Source of the DNA: Bacteroidota bacterium
Lineage (GTDB): Bacteria > Bacteroidota > Bacteroidia > Chitinophagales > Chitinophagaceae
Assembly (NCBI GenBank): GCA_016868855.1
Contig: VGFP01000002.1
Coordinates: 223,210-287,209 of the forward strand
Length of the DNA: 64,000 nt
Direction: 5' to 3'
The notes beneath the pieces were generated by a model, which saw nothing but the letters and a program-made list of their open reading frames with translations, ran no database searches and was not told the origin of the DNA. Positions 1 through 9,682 of the stretch are shown in pieces (position 1 is the first letter of the stretch; each line of letters opens with the position of its first letter). The translations under genes and the position numbers were made by a program.

Positions 1-1
1 C

Positions 2-808
2 AGAGGCATGCATATGTCGCAAAGTGCAGTTAAAAAATATGCTGTTGAACATGGACTGCATGTCATGCAGCCCACAAAACTGAAAGATCCATCTTTTATA
101 GAGGAATTGAAATCATTGCAGGCTGATGTTCAGATAGTGGTTGCCTTCAGAATGCTTCCTGAATCTGTTTGGAACATGCCTCCTTTGGGAACGATCAACC
201 TGCATGCATCGCTGCTTCCACAGTATCGTGGAGCAGCTCCAATCAATTGGGCGATCATCAATGGTGAAAAGGAAACTGGTATTACCACTTTTAAGCTTCA
301 GCATGAAATCGATACAGGGGATCTATTGATGAAACAATCCATCCTCATCGGTGAAAAAGAAAATGCTGGATCATTGCATGACAGAATGATGATTGCAGGT
401 GCAGACCTGGTTTATACAACCTTGCAGCAATATTGTGATGGAACCATTCAGCCTGTTGCACAACAGGATATGCTTCCGGAAGAACAACTGAAGACTGCGC
501 CTAAAATCCACACCAGTACTTGTGAAATTGACTGGCACATGGGTGCAAAAAAAGTATTCGATTTGATCAGGGGACTCTCCCCTTATCCATCCGCATTCAC
601 CACGCTCAATGATAAATTGTTGAAAATATTCGAAGCAGATTACGCTTTGGAGCAACATCATAAACTGCCCGGACAATTTGAGACCGATGGCAAAACTTAT
701 CTCAGATTTTCTGCGCAGGATGGCTGGGTATATATCAAGGAGTTGCAAATGGAAGGAAAAAAGCGAATGGATGTGTTATCATTTTTAAAAGGTTTTAGAT
801 TTCAATAA
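2..808 (+). CDS. fmt: methionyl-tRNA formyltransferase (5'-truncated by window edge)
   Basis: Frame is open from base 2 (RGMHM...). Motifs INLHASLLPQYRGAAPINWAI, ETGITTF...IDTGD, GLSPYPSAF and C-terminal QMEGKKRM. Confidence 0.96.
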   Translation, partial: RGMHMSQSAVKKYAVEHGLHVMQPTKLKDPSFIEELKSLQADVQIVVAFRMLPESVWNMPPLGTINLHASLLPQYRGAAPINWAIINGEKETGITTFKLQHEIDTGDLLMKQSILIGEKENAGSLHDRMMIAGADLVYTTLQQYCDGTIQPVAQQDMLPEEQLKTAPKIHTSTCEIDWHMGAKKVFDLIRGLSPYPSAFTTLNDKLLKIFEADYALEQHHKLPGQFETDGKTYLRFSAQDGWVYIKELQMEGKKRMDVLSFLKGFRFQ

Positions 809-811
809 TAT

Positions 812-2056
812 ATGTCAACGATTTCAACCATTGCAGAAAGATTCATGCGTTATGTGAAAGTTGATACGCAGAGTGATCCAGAGAGTCATTCGTATCCATC
901 AACAGAAAAGCAAAAAGTGCTGTCGGCAATACTTGTTGAAGAGTTGAAAACAATGGGGTGGACCAATGTCGGTATGGATGAATGGGGTTATGTTATTTGT
1001 ACGATCCCTTCTAACGTCCAGCATCCAGTAGCAGTGGTGTGTTTCTGCTCGCATGTTGATACAGCTCCTGATTGCAGCGGAAAAGATGTGCAGCCATTGC
1101 TTCATTCTTCTTATGATGGTAGAGATATTGTATTGCCGAATAACCCCGCACAAGTGATTTACGTTGACACTCATCCCTATTTAAAAAGTAAAATCGGAGA
1201 TGATATCATCACCGCCAGTGGCAATACATTGCTGGGTGCAGACAACAAAGCTGGCATTGCAATTATAATGGAACTCGCCAACTACTTGCAACAAGATCCT
1301 GCCATACCACATGGTGAAATAAAATTATTGTTTACACCCGATGAGGAAGTCGGCCGGGGAGTGGAGCACCTGGATATAAAAAAGCTGGGTGCTGATGTTG
1401 CCTTTACCCTTGATGGAGGTGAACTGGGATCTCTCGAATCCGAAACTTTTTCTGCAGATGGATTGGAACTGCAGATTCATGGTGTCATCGCTCATCCAGG
1501 CTCTGCCAAGGGGAAGCTCATCAATGCGATCAAGCTTGCTGCAGAAGTCATTGATAGGCTGCCTAAGAGCGAAATGGCTCCAGAAGTAACAGAGGGCAGA
1601 GAAGGATTTCTGCATCCAACTGATATCAAGGGCAATGCAGAACATGCATCCATTAAATTTATTTTGCGTGATTTTGAATCTGATGCATTGCAAATGTACG
1701 CATCCATCATTGAAAATGCTGCTCAAGAAGTGATCAATAAAAATAAAGGCACGAGGTATACAGTGAAACAATTTGAGCAATACCGCAACATGAAAGAAGT
1801 GTTGGATCAACATCCTCGGATTGTAGCATATGCCAAGCAGGCCATGCTGAAAACAGGGATTCAGCCTATCTCCGTTCCTGTCAGGGGCGGAACGGATGGC
1901 TCTAGACTTTCATTTATGGGGTTGCCTTGTCCAAATTTATTCACTGGAGAAATGGCATTGCATTCCGTAGAAGAATATGTAAGTGTACAGGACATGGAAA
2001 AGTCGGTGGAGGTGTTGATAGAGCTTGTTCAAATATGGGAGTCAGCATACAGGTGA
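812..2056 (+). CDS. pepT: peptidase T (M20 tripeptide aminopeptidase)
   Basis: RYVKVDTQSD, SHVDT, LLGADNKAG, FTPDEEVG, HPGSAKG, VRGGTDGSRLSFMGLPCPNLFTG...HS. Confidence 0.95.
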   Translation: MSTISTIAERFMRYVKVDTQSDPESHSYPSTEKQKVLSAILVEELKTMGWTNVGMDEWGYVICTIPSNVQHPVAVVCFCSHVDTAPDCSGKDVQPLLHSSYDGRDIVLPNNPAQVIYVDTHPYLKSKIGDDIITASGNTLLGADNKAGIAIIMELANYLQQDPAIPHGEIKLLFTPDEEVGRGVEHLDIKKLGADVAFTLDGGELGSLESETFSADGLELQIHGVIAHPGSAKGKLINAIKLAAEVIDRLPKSEMAPEVTEGREGFLHPTDIKGNAEHASIKFILRDFESDALQMYASIIENAAQEVINKNKGTRYTVKQFEQYRNMKEVLDQHPRIVAYAKQAMLKTGIQPISVPVRGGTDGSRLSFMGLPCPNLFTGEMALHSVEEYVSVQDMEKSVEVLIELVQIWESAYR

Positions 2057-2117
2057 ATAACTTTATGATGCCATTAATAAAAGATTATAGAACTTTCCTC
2101 ATTAACAAATCAATTGT

Positions 2118-2771
2118 ATGTTGGTATACTTTCTTCAGGTCACAAAGCAAATGAATCTGTGGAGCATGTTGCAGTCAGGCGGCGCCTTGATGATTCCGCT
2201 GGGATTGTTGTTCGTGGTTGCTCTGTTTTTTTTCTTTGAACGATACATCGCCATAAAAAAAGCGGGAAAGCTGGATGATAATTTTATGAAAATCATTCGT
2301 GATCATATTGCTACAGGAAATATGGCCGCAGCAAGAACCACCACCAAAAATACTGATAACCCTGTCGCCCGTATCATTGACAAAGGTTTGCAAAGAGTAG
2401 GAAAGCCAATCGATGCCATTGAAAGAAGCATGGAGAGTGTAGCACGACTTGAAATGTACAATTTAGAGCGAAACCTCAGTGTGCTGAGTGTTATTTCAAG
2501 GGCTGCTCCTATTTTTGGATTTGTGGGCACGCTTGCCGGACTCATGCAGTTGTTTTTTGATATCAACACGACGGGTGAATTTGTATTGAATACCATTGCC
2601 GGAGGTTTGTATGTAAAACTTGTTACTTCGATTACCGGATTGGTTATTGGACTTTTATCGTTTTTGGGATTCAGTTTTTTACATACACAGATAGATAAAA
2701 CAGCCAATAAAATGGAAGTGGCAGCAGCAGATTTTTTAGATATTCTTCAAGATCCCAACAACAACGCTTGA
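2118..2771 (+). CDS. exbB: MotA/TolQ/ExbB proton channel family protein
   Basis: Three TM segments, APIFGFVGT motif, IAGGLYVKLVTS; directly upstream of exbD. Confidence 0.9.
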   Translation: MLVYFLQVTKQMNLWSMLQSGGALMIPLGLLFVVALFFFFERYIAIKKAGKLDDNFMKIIRDHIATGNMAAARTTTKNTDNPVARIIDKGLQRVGKPIDAIERSMESVARLEMYNLERNLSVLSVISRAAPIFGFVGTLAGLMQLFFDINTTGEFVLNTIAGGLYVKLVTSITGLVIGLLSFLGFSFLHTQIDKTANKMEVAAADFLDILQDPNNNA

Positions 2772-2775
2772 TCCG

Positions 2776-3174
2776 ATGCAAATCAGAAAAAAATATACTG
2801 GCGAGGCGGAAGTATTTACTGAGGCGCTGAACGATATCCTTTTCATATTGCTGATGTTTTTTTTAATTGTATCAACACTTGCCAATCCCAATGTTATCAA
2901 GTTGTCACAGCCCAAATCTCAAGCAGATACCAAAGCGAAACAAAATGTGGTCGTTTCGATCGATGCAAACAAACAATATTATATAGGAACCACTCCTGTT
3001 CCATTTGATTCACTTTCATCTGCTCTCCAGCCTATACTTGCAAAAGAGAAAACGGAGATTCCCACAGTAGTTATCAATGCTGATAAATCAGTCGAGATTG
3101 AAGCTGTGGTGAATCTGATGAAAGTTGCAAAGGGATTAGGGGCGAAAACAGTTCTCTCAGTAGAAAAAGAATAA
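2776..3174 (+). CDS. exbD: biopolymer transporter ExbD/TolR
   Basis: LNDILFILLMFFLI TM segment with the conserved Asp; VVINADKSV. Confidence 0.92.
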   Translation: MQIRKKYTGEAEVFTEALNDILFILLMFFLIVSTLANPNVIKLSQPKSQADTKAKQNVVVSIDANKQYYIGTTPVPFDSLSSALQPILAKEKTEIPTVVINADKSVEIEAVVNLMKVAKGLGAKTVLSVEKE

Positions 3175-4056
3175 TCATAGCGAGGCGCCCATTTTTTTGC
3201 CCCATACAATTCTGTCTTTTCCCTGCAAATCTTTTTTGATGTGAACATGTTCAAATTCATTGGATTCCAGCAGGAATTTTACTTTTGATGCATGGTCTTC
3301 ATGTGTCTCGAAAAATAGAAGTCCCCCTCTGAGCAGATGATGAGCTGAAAAGTCAATTATGGCCTTGTAAAATTCAAGTGCATCAGTATTGGTCACGAAC
3401 AGTGCTTCTTTAGGCTCAAAGTCAATCACATTCTTATTCAAATAGGCTTTTTCCTCGGGTAGAATATATGGTGGATTGCTGACAATGATGTTGAATGCAG
3501 GCAGGGAATCATTCTTGGCTTCTGATAAAATATCCGCTTCCTTGAAATGGATGGGTGTATTGAGCAGGGATGCATTTTCTTTTGCAAGCGCTATGGCTGA
3601 CTTGCTCTTGTCAATTGCCCATACATCACAGCTGGGCATTGCTTTTTTCAAAGAGATAGCAATGCATCCTGAACCAGTGCCGATATCTATGATGGAACAT
3701 GACTTTTGAATAAACCCTTTTACATGATTGATTTCTCTGATGATCAGTTCAACCAATTCTTCGGTCTCTGGTCTTGGTATCAACACACGTTCATCTACTT
3801 TGAACTGCATTTGCTGAAACCAACAATTTCCTATGACATATTGAATGGGTCTGCCATGTTTTAATTCTTCCAGCTGCTGATTGAATGCAATTTCCTGCTC
3901 GTTGTTCATGATGGCATCGTGGTGAACCAGCCGCTCGGTTCTTGAGAGTCCCGTGATCGATTCCAAAGCCATATCAGCTATTTGTGAAGATTCCCTGGCA
4001 TCGTACATGGACTGCATATCATGTACAAGTATTTGATATGCCTCTTTGATCAACAT
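3175..4056 (-). CDS. prmC: peptide chain release factor N5-glutamine methyltransferase
   Basis: PIQYVIG, VLIPRPETEELV, DIGTGSGCIA, VSNPPY. Start moved to ATG 4056, which lies 4 nt after a TACTTTTG box. Confidence 0.94.
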   Translation of the reverse strand: MLIKEAYQILVHDMQSMYDARESSQIADMALESITGLSRTERLVHHDAIMNNEQEIAFNQQLEELKHGRPIQYVIGNCWFQQMQFKVDERVLIPRPETEELVELIIREINHVKGFIQKSCSIIDIGTGSGCIAISLKKAMPSCDVWAIDKSKSAIALAKENASLLNTPIHFKEADILSEAKNDSLPAFNIIVSNPPYILPEEKAYLNKNVIDFEPKEALFVTNTDALEFYKAIIDFSAHHLLRGGLLFFETHEDHASKVKFLLESNEFEHVHIKKDLQGKDRIVWGKKMGASL

Positions 4057-4060
4057 CATC

Positions 4061-4068
4061 CAAAAGTA
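4061..4068 (-). promoter_or_regulatory. Bacteroidota sigma-A -7 element (TACTTTTG) for prmC
   Basis: Exact TAnnTTTG match 4 nt upstream of the ATG. Confidence 0.65.
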
Positions 4069-4075
4069 AATCATT

Positions 4076-4083
4076 TAACTTTG
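4076..4083 (+). promoter_or_regulatory. -7 element (TAACTTTG) for the YigZ-family gene
   Basis: Exact TAnnTTTG match in the divergent prmC/yigZ gap. Confidence 0.6.
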
Positions 4084-4110
4084 GTCAGTTTGCGAAAAAA
4101 TACTTTGCTG

Positions 4111-4725
4111 ATGTCGGATCCATTTTATTATCATACAATAGAAAAAGCAGTCTCTGCAGAGTTCAGCGACAGAGGGAGTAAATTCATTGCTTATGCTTTT
4201 CCTGTTGCTTCCGCAGAAGCTTTCAAGCAATCATTGAATGAAGTAAAGAAGATGCATCCCAAAGCATCCCACTACTGTTTTGCTTATCGCATAGGGCACG
4301 ATGGAAACATTTACAGGGTATCTGATGCAGGAGAACCTTCTGGATCGGCAGGTAGACCTATTTTGGGGCAAATTGACGCAAGGCAACTTACCAATACCCT
4401 TGTCATTGTAGTGAGGTATTTTGGTGGCACCTTGTTGGGTGTACCCGGACTCATCAATGCCTACAAAAGCAGCACGTCAATAGCATTGCAACTGACACCA
4501 CTCCAACGAAAAAAGATCGAAATTAATTACGAGCTACAATTTGATTATACAGTCATGAACGATGTGATGATGGTGATCAAAAAATTTACATGCACTGTGT
4601 TGCGTCAGGAACAACAGCTTTTCTCTGTATTTGACATTGGTATTCCAGCATTAGATGAATCGGAAGTATTGCAAAAGTTGGAAGAGATTCGCGGAATTGG
4701 CATCAAAAAGAAAGCGACCCTGTAG
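4111..4725 (+). CDS. yigZ: YigZ/IMPACT family protein
   Basis: GSKFIAYA, ASHYCFAYR, DAGEPSGSAGRPIL, VVRYFGGTLLGVPGLINAY. Start moved to ATG 4111. Confidence 0.92.
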   Translation: MSDPFYYHTIEKAVSAEFSDRGSKFIAYAFPVASAEAFKQSLNEVKKMHPKASHYCFAYRIGHDGNIYRVSDAGEPSGSAGRPILGQIDARQLTNTLVIVVRYFGGTLLGVPGLINAYKSSTSIALQLTPLQRKKIEINYELQFDYTVMNDVMMVIKKFTCTVLRQEQQLFSVFDIGIPALDESEVLQKLEEIRGIGIKKKATL

Positions 4726-4756
4726 GAGTCGCTTTGTATTCAGATCTTTCAAAAGA

Positions 4757-5497
4757 TTACTGCATGTGTTCTTCGTCAACCAAGATTCTTCCGCAGTTTT
4801 CACAAACAATGATTTTTTTGTGCTGGCGGATCTCGCTCTGACGTTGAGGGGGGATGGCATTGTAGCAACCGCCACATGCATCTCTCAATACCGGAACAAC
4901 CGCTTTGCCGTTTCGGAAATTTTTCCTGATTCTATCAAATGAAGTCAGCAAACGTGGATCAACCGCAGCGCGTGCTTTTTCAGAATGTGCTTTAAATTCC
5001 TGCTCTTCTTTTTCTGTCTCAGCAATGATTTTATCCAGTTCGCCTTTTTTGACCTTTAGGTTGGCCTCTTTGTTGGCAATATTTTTCTTTACTACATCCA
5101 ATGCACGTGCCTTGTCGGCTATTTCCTCATTGGCATCCTTGATATGTCTTTCAGCGAGTTTTACTTCAAGCGTCTGCATCTCCAATTCCTTGGTGATGGC
5201 TTCATACTCTCTGTTGTTTTTTACGTTATCGCTTTGTTTTTCGTATTTCTTGATCAAATCCTGTGACTTAGAAATGGCTGCTTTTTTTTGTTCGATGAAA
5301 TCGTTGATTCCATTGATTTCCTCCTCGATCCGGGTTTCTCTTGCATGCAAACCCTGAATTTCATCCTCGAGGTCGCGCACTTCAATCGGAAGTTCGCCCT
5401 TCAAAATTGCAATATCATCCAGTTTGCTTTCAACTTTTTGAAGATTTGCGAGGGCGATGAGCTTTTCTTCTACTGAGTATTCTTTTACGGTTGCCAT
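4757..5497 (-). CDS. coiled-coil protein with C4-type zinc ribbon (zf-RING_7/CT398-like)
   Basis: Long coiled coil, KNNREYEA, C-terminal CGGC...CENCGRIL; the usual partner of Nif3-family genes. Confidence 0.9.
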   Translation of the reverse strand: MATVKEYSVEEKLIALANLQKVESKLDDIAILKGELPIEVRDLEDEIQGLHARETRIEEEINGINDFIEQKKAAISKSQDLIKKYEKQSDNVKNNREYEAITKELEMQTLEVKLAERHIKDANEEIADKARALDVVKKNIANKEANLKVKKGELDKIIAETEKEEQEFKAHSEKARAAVDPRLLTSFDRIRKNFRNGKAVVPVLRDACGGCYNAIPPQRQSEIRQHKKIIVCENCGRILVDEEHMQ

Positions 5498-5503
5498 AAT
5501 GAA

Positions 5504-6604
5504 TTATAAAAAATAGTTGACCGGATTGGTTTTGTGGGCTGTTTTAAGGACGGCAAAGGTAGGGAATTTTTCGTTTAACATCTCCACCAGTAGTTCTGAT
5601 GTAAATTGTTCACTTTCAAAGTGTCCGATATCCGCCAGGAGCATTTTTCCCTCCGGTAAAAAAAAGTCATGGTAGGTCAAGTCACCTGTAACATACGCAT
5701 CTACTTTTAATGATAAAGCATTGTTAATCAATTGTTTGCCAGAACCTCCGCAGATGGCTACTTTTTGGATAGATTTTTCCGGAACGGAATTATGTCTGAT
5801 TGTTCCCGTTTGAAACCGTTGCTTTAACAATGAGAGAAAATCCTGCATCTTCATGGGCTCCTTCAGTTCACCCACTATACCAGCTCCAAAGGATGAAAAC
5901 TTGTTTTCCAAGTGGAGGATGTCATATGCCACCACCTCATATGGATGATTTTCATGCATAGCAGCCAACATCTTTGTTTGCAAATGAACAGGGAAGATGA
6001 CTTCGATTTTTGCTTCCAGGACTTTTTCCCTTGTTCCTTCCTCCCCGATGAATGGCTGAGCGCCCTTCAATGGCTTAAAGCTTCCTGTTCCCTCAGAAAT
6101 AAAACTGCACTCACTGTAATTCCCAATGGTTCCGGCACCAGCTTCAAAAAGTGCATCTGAAAGCTTTTTGGCATGATCCAGAGGGACAAAAACTGCCAGT
6201 TTTTGGTGTGTATGTTGGAGCGATGACAAAACACGTACCTGTTGAAGTTCCATTCTGCGTGCTATTTCACCGTTCACACCCCATATTACATTGTCGAGGT
6301 TTGTATGAATGGCATACACTGCAATTTCATGTTTGATGGCTTTTAAGAGTAATCTTGTTATGGCATCTCTGGGTTCTAGACTCTTGAGGGGTTTAAAAAT
6401 AGGTGGGTGGTGCACGATCACCAGATTGAATTTTTTTTCAATGGCTTCCTCGAGCACTTCTTCTGTGAAATCAAGCGCAGCAATGGCACCTGAACATGCC
6501 AACATCCTGTTGCCGCAAACGAGTCCAGCATTGTCGTATGATTCCTGCAATGCCAGCGGTGCCTTTGTTTCCAAAAAGTTAATAATGTCAGCAATTGAAA
6601 TCAT
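5504..6604 (-). CDS. Nif3-like dinuclear metal centre protein (YbgI/DUF34, long form)
   Basis: QESYDNAGL, HHPPIF, HTNLD, HPYEVVAYD insert, CGGSG, GHFESE. Confidence 0.93.
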   Translation of the reverse strand: MISIADIINFLETKAPLALQESYDNAGLVCGNRMLACSGAIAALDFTEEVLEEAIEKKFNLVIVHHPPIFKPLKSLEPRDAITRLLLKAIKHEIAVYAIHTNLDNVIWGVNGEIARRMELQQVRVLSSLQHTHQKLAVFVPLDHAKKLSDALFEAGAGTIGNYSECSFISEGTGSFKPLKGAQPFIGEEGTREKVLEAKIEVIFPVHLQTKMLAAMHENHPYEVVAYDILHLENKFSSFGAGIVGELKEPMKMQDFLSLLKQRFQTGTIRHNSVPEKSIQKVAICGGSGKQLINNALSLKVDAYVTGDLTYHDFFLPEGKMLLADIGHFESEQFTSELLVEMLNEKFPTFAVLKTAHKTNPVNYFL

Positions 6605-6649
6605 TTCTGCAAGATTTATAAAAATTGAAATTACTTTACTTTATCATTT

Positions 6650-7450
6650 ATGCGAAGGTTCCTGATTTATTTATTGGTTTTTTCTGGTTTCACCAACCAT
6701 GTTGCATTTTCACAAAAGCTACAACATGATTGGGAAAATTATGTGACTGCTATCAAGGACAAACCTGTTTCCATCAATGTCGACCTAGGAATCAAGCCAT
6801 TTCTACCAATGAAGGATTTGCCTTACGTGATGATTGTAAGATTGAAGCTGCAACATCCCAATGATCTTGGCATGCCTTCGGAGGAGGAAGTGTTGACTTT
6901 GAATGAGATGGAAGAAAAATTGGTTGATGTGCTCTCAAGAGGACAAGGCGCATTGTATGTGGGAAGGTTTACCCAAAGAGGTATCAGGGAATTTTATTTC
7001 TACACAGGGGACACCATCGGTTATCAAAAAGCAATGAATACTGCGTTGATTTCTTTCCAAGAATACCAATGGCTGGCCCAATGCAAAAATGACGAAGCCT
7101 GGCAGAATTATTTGACTGTTTTGTATCCTGCTGAATTTGATAAAATGCTGATTGACAGCAGAAGACAGCTCAATCTTTTTCTGCAGAACAACGCTGTCGG
7201 TGTCAAAAAAAGTGTTTCGTATTTTTTTGAATTTCCCGATGATGCGTCTTGCAGAAAGTTTTTACAAACACCCGGATGCTCAAAATATACTGTCATTCAG
7301 TATACCCGAAAAACAGGAAACAAGGGAATTTCAATGGTGTTTTCTGCCATTGAGTCGATCGACCGCAAGTGGCTGGAGCAGACCATGCCCGTTTTATTTT
7401 CAGCTTCAAAAAAGCAAGGCGGATTATACAAAGGTTGGGAGATCGAATGA
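6650..7450 (+). CDS. exported DUF695-like protein
   Basis: Signal peptide; WENY...PVSINVDLG, GMPSEEE, VGRFTQRGIREFYFY resemble DUF695. Confidence 0.65.
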   Translation: MRRFLIYLLVFSGFTNHVAFSQKLQHDWENYVTAIKDKPVSINVDLGIKPFLPMKDLPYVMIVRLKLQHPNDLGMPSEEEVLTLNEMEEKLVDVLSRGQGALYVGRFTQRGIREFYFYTGDTIGYQKAMNTALISFQEYQWLAQCKNDEAWQNYLTVLYPAEFDKMLIDSRRQLNLFLQNNAVGVKKSVSYFFEFPDDASCRKFLQTPGCSKYTVIQYTRKTGNKGISMVFSAIESIDRKWLEQTMPVLFSASKKQGGLYKGWEIE

Positions 7451-7456
7451 TGGGGT

Positions 7457-7464
7457 TATCTTTG
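7457..7464 (+). promoter_or_regulatory. -7 element (TATCTTTG) for the peroxiredoxin gene
   Basis: Exact TAnnTTTG match 28 nt before the ATG. Confidence 0.6.
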
Positions 7465-7492
7465 CTTCCTATTCACTTTAAAATCATTTAAT

Positions 7493-7963
7493 ATGTCAGT
7501 ACAAAAAGGTCAGTCAGCACCCGATTTCAAATTGTTCAACACAGATAAAAAAGAAGTCAGTTTACAGGATTTCAAAGGAAAAAATCTTGTCGTTCTATTT
7601 TTCCCACAAGCATTTACAGGTGTGTGCACTACAGAGCTTTGCAGCGTAAGAGACAATCTCAATGTATACTTATCCCTCAATGCAGAGGTTGTAGGCATAT
7701 CAGTTGATTCTATTTTTACTTTGGGAAAATTCAAAGAGGAGCAGCAGTACAACTTCCAACTCTTGTCTGATTTCAACAAAACTGTGAGCCAGGCATATGG
7801 AGCTTTCTATGACGAATTTGTTTTTGGTATGAAAGGGGTGTCTCGCAGAGCAGCATTTGTGGTCGATAAAAATGGAACAGTTCAGTATGCTGAAGTATTG
7901 GAAAGTGCTGGGGATCTGCCCAATTTTGATGCCATCAAAGCAGCGCTGTCTGGTTTGAATTAA
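7493..7963 (+). CDS. peroxiredoxin (AhpC/TSA; AhpE/BCP-like)
   Basis: APDFKL, FFPQAFTGVCTTELC (PxxxTxxC), LLSDF, RAAFVVD. Confidence 0.92.
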   Translation: MSVQKGQSAPDFKLFNTDKKEVSLQDFKGKNLVVLFFPQAFTGVCTTELCSVRDNLNVYLSLNAEVVGISVDSIFTLGKFKEEQQYNFQLLSDFNKTVSQAYGAFYDEFVFGMKGVSRRAAFVVDKNGTVQYAEVLESAGDLPNFDAIKAALSGLN

Positions 7964-7987
7964 TTATTTCAAAAATTGATTATTTGC

Positions 7988-8019
7988 AAGAGTCATACGA
8001 TTGTATGGCTCTTTTTTTT
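7988..8019 (+). terminator. intrinsic terminator after the peroxiredoxin gene
   Basis: Hairpin AAGAGTCATAC-GATT-GTATGGCTCTT (one G.U pair) running into a T tract. Confidence 0.85.
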
Positions 8020-8053
8020 GTAAATGCATTAACTTCGGAATAGCATATAAGTC

Positions 8054-8386
8054 ATGAGATCTGTTTTTTTGATATTGTTTACCCTTGTTTCGCTTGTCTC
8101 TTTCAGCCAGGTGAAGCGTGTAACCATGAGTGAACATGTTAAAAAAACCGTCATTTATCCCAATCCTGCCAGGTCATTTATTCAAATTCAATTCAAGCAA
8201 CAAACACCTGTGCCCGCATGGCTGGTGATTTATAATTTCATCGGAAAAAAACAGCTTGAAGTGGTAAATCCCGGTTCAAATGTATACCTGGATCTTGCCG
8301 ATTTCCGCCGGGGACTCTACATTTTCCAATTCAAGGATAAAAATGGTCAGATCATTGACTCTGGTAAATTTCAGGTAGAGAAATAA
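8054..8386 (+). CDS. small T9SS type A sorting domain (CTD) protein
   Basis: Sec signal ending SFSQ, then IYPNPA...IYNFIGK...GLYIFQF...GKFQVEK, the type A CTD pattern. Confidence 0.85.
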   Translation: MRSVFLILFTLVSLVSFSQVKRVTMSEHVKKTVIYPNPARSFIQIQFKQQTPVPAWLVIYNFIGKKQLEVVNPGSNVYLDLADFRRGLYIFQFKDKNGQIIDSGKFQVEK

Positions 8387-9556
8387 TCAGCAGACCTGCA
8401 CAATCAGAAATTTTAGGTAATTGGTATTTTCCAATCCTCTGATGATGGGATGGTCGGGTGATTGCGCTTGGAATACAACCTGCCTCAAAGTTCTTCTCGC
8501 ATCTTTGGCAGCCATCTCTATGATTTCATAAAACAAGTCAGGTTGAACCAAATTGGTGCAAGATGATGTTACCAGAAATCCTCCAGGTTTCACCAATTTC
8601 ATTCCTCGTAAATTGATTTCTTTGTAACCGCTGATGGCTTTCTGAATATTGTCTCTTGTCTTTGTGAATGAAGGTGGATCAAGCATAACAACATCCCATT
8701 TTTTTCCTTCTTTCGACCATTCTTTCAATGCATCAAAAGCATTCACACATTGAAATGAGATATTTTTCAGGTTATTGAGTGCAGCATTTTCTTTTGCATG
8801 TTCAACGGCCGCTGCAGAAATATCCAGTCCCAGTACATGTTTTGCACCATAATGTGCAGCGTGAATTTCAAAAGTGCCTGTATAACAAAATGCACCCAAC
8901 ACATCTGCATCTTTCACGATCTGCTTGATGGCTCTTCTGTTGTCTTGCTGGTCAAGAAAATATCCTGTTTTCTGGCCTTTTTCAATGTCAACAATAAATT
9001 TCAAATCATTTTCAACAATCGGAATGCGGGTATCGAAGGGTGCTGATAAAAATCCTTTTTTTTGTTCCAATCCTTCTAACTCGCGGATGGAAATATCGTT
9101 TCTTTCGTAAATACCTTTTGGCTTAAAAATTTTTTCCAATGCTTCTACAATTTCTTTTTTCCATCTGTCGATGCCAAGTGCCAAGGTTTGTAGAACGAAA
9201 TAATCATTGAACTTGTCAATAATGAGCTGTGGCAATCCATCTGCTTCGCCAAATATCAGCCTGCAGTTTTCGGTATATCCAATTTTTATTCTATAGTTCC
9301 AGGATTCTAAAATGGCTTTATGAAAAAAGTCGGCATTGATCTGAGCATGCCTGTCACGTGTCAGCAATCTCACCGGAATTCTGGAAATGGGATTGACGTA
9401 TCCTTTCCCGATAAACTTTTCATCATGGGTATAGACTTCTGCAATTTCCCCTGCTTCCAATTCATCATCCATGAGGTTGATCTCATTGGCAAATATCCAT
9501 GGGTGCCCATTCACCACTCTGTTGCTGATCTTTCTCTTTAATACCACTTTCTTCAT
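8387..9556 (-). CDS. class I SAM-dependent rRNA methyltransferase (RlmI-like)
   Basis: PUA-like GHPWIF, GEADGLP, GQKTGYFLDQ, FCYTG, LDPPSF. Confidence 0.9.
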   Translation of the reverse strand: MKKVVLKRKISNRVVNGHPWIFANEINLMDDELEAGEIAEVYTHDEKFIGKGYVNPISRIPVRLLTRDRHAQINADFFHKAILESWNYRIKIGYTENCRLIFGEADGLPQLIIDKFNDYFVLQTLALGIDRWKKEIVEALEKIFKPKGIYERNDISIRELEGLEQKKGFLSAPFDTRIPIVENDLKFIVDIEKGQKTGYFLDQQDNRRAIKQIVKDADVLGAFCYTGTFEIHAAHYGAKHVLGLDISAAAVEHAKENAALNNLKNISFQCVNAFDALKEWSKEGKKWDVVMLDPPSFTKTRDNIQKAISGYKEINLRGMKLVKPGGFLVTSSCTNLVQPDLFYEIIEMAAKDARRTLRQVVFQAQSPDHPIIRGLENTNYLKFLIVQVC

Positions 9557-9615
9557 CCCTTAAAGGTAAACTATCGTGGAAATGACTGAAATTCGCGTTT
9601 TGTAGCCCCAAAACC

Positions 9616-9655
9616 GCCATTTTGGCTCATCATTGACTACTGGCAAGCCATTTGA
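9616..9655 (+). promoter_or_regulatory. putative sigma-54-type -24/-12 promoter with upstream palindrome, before grpE-dnaJ
   Basis: TGGCAAGCCATTTGA at 9641-9655 against consensus TGGCACGnnnnTTGC; palindrome GCCA-TTT-TGGC at 9616-9626. Confidence 0.5.
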
Positions 9656-9682
9656 AGCGTTGAACATGTAAATTTTTTAATT

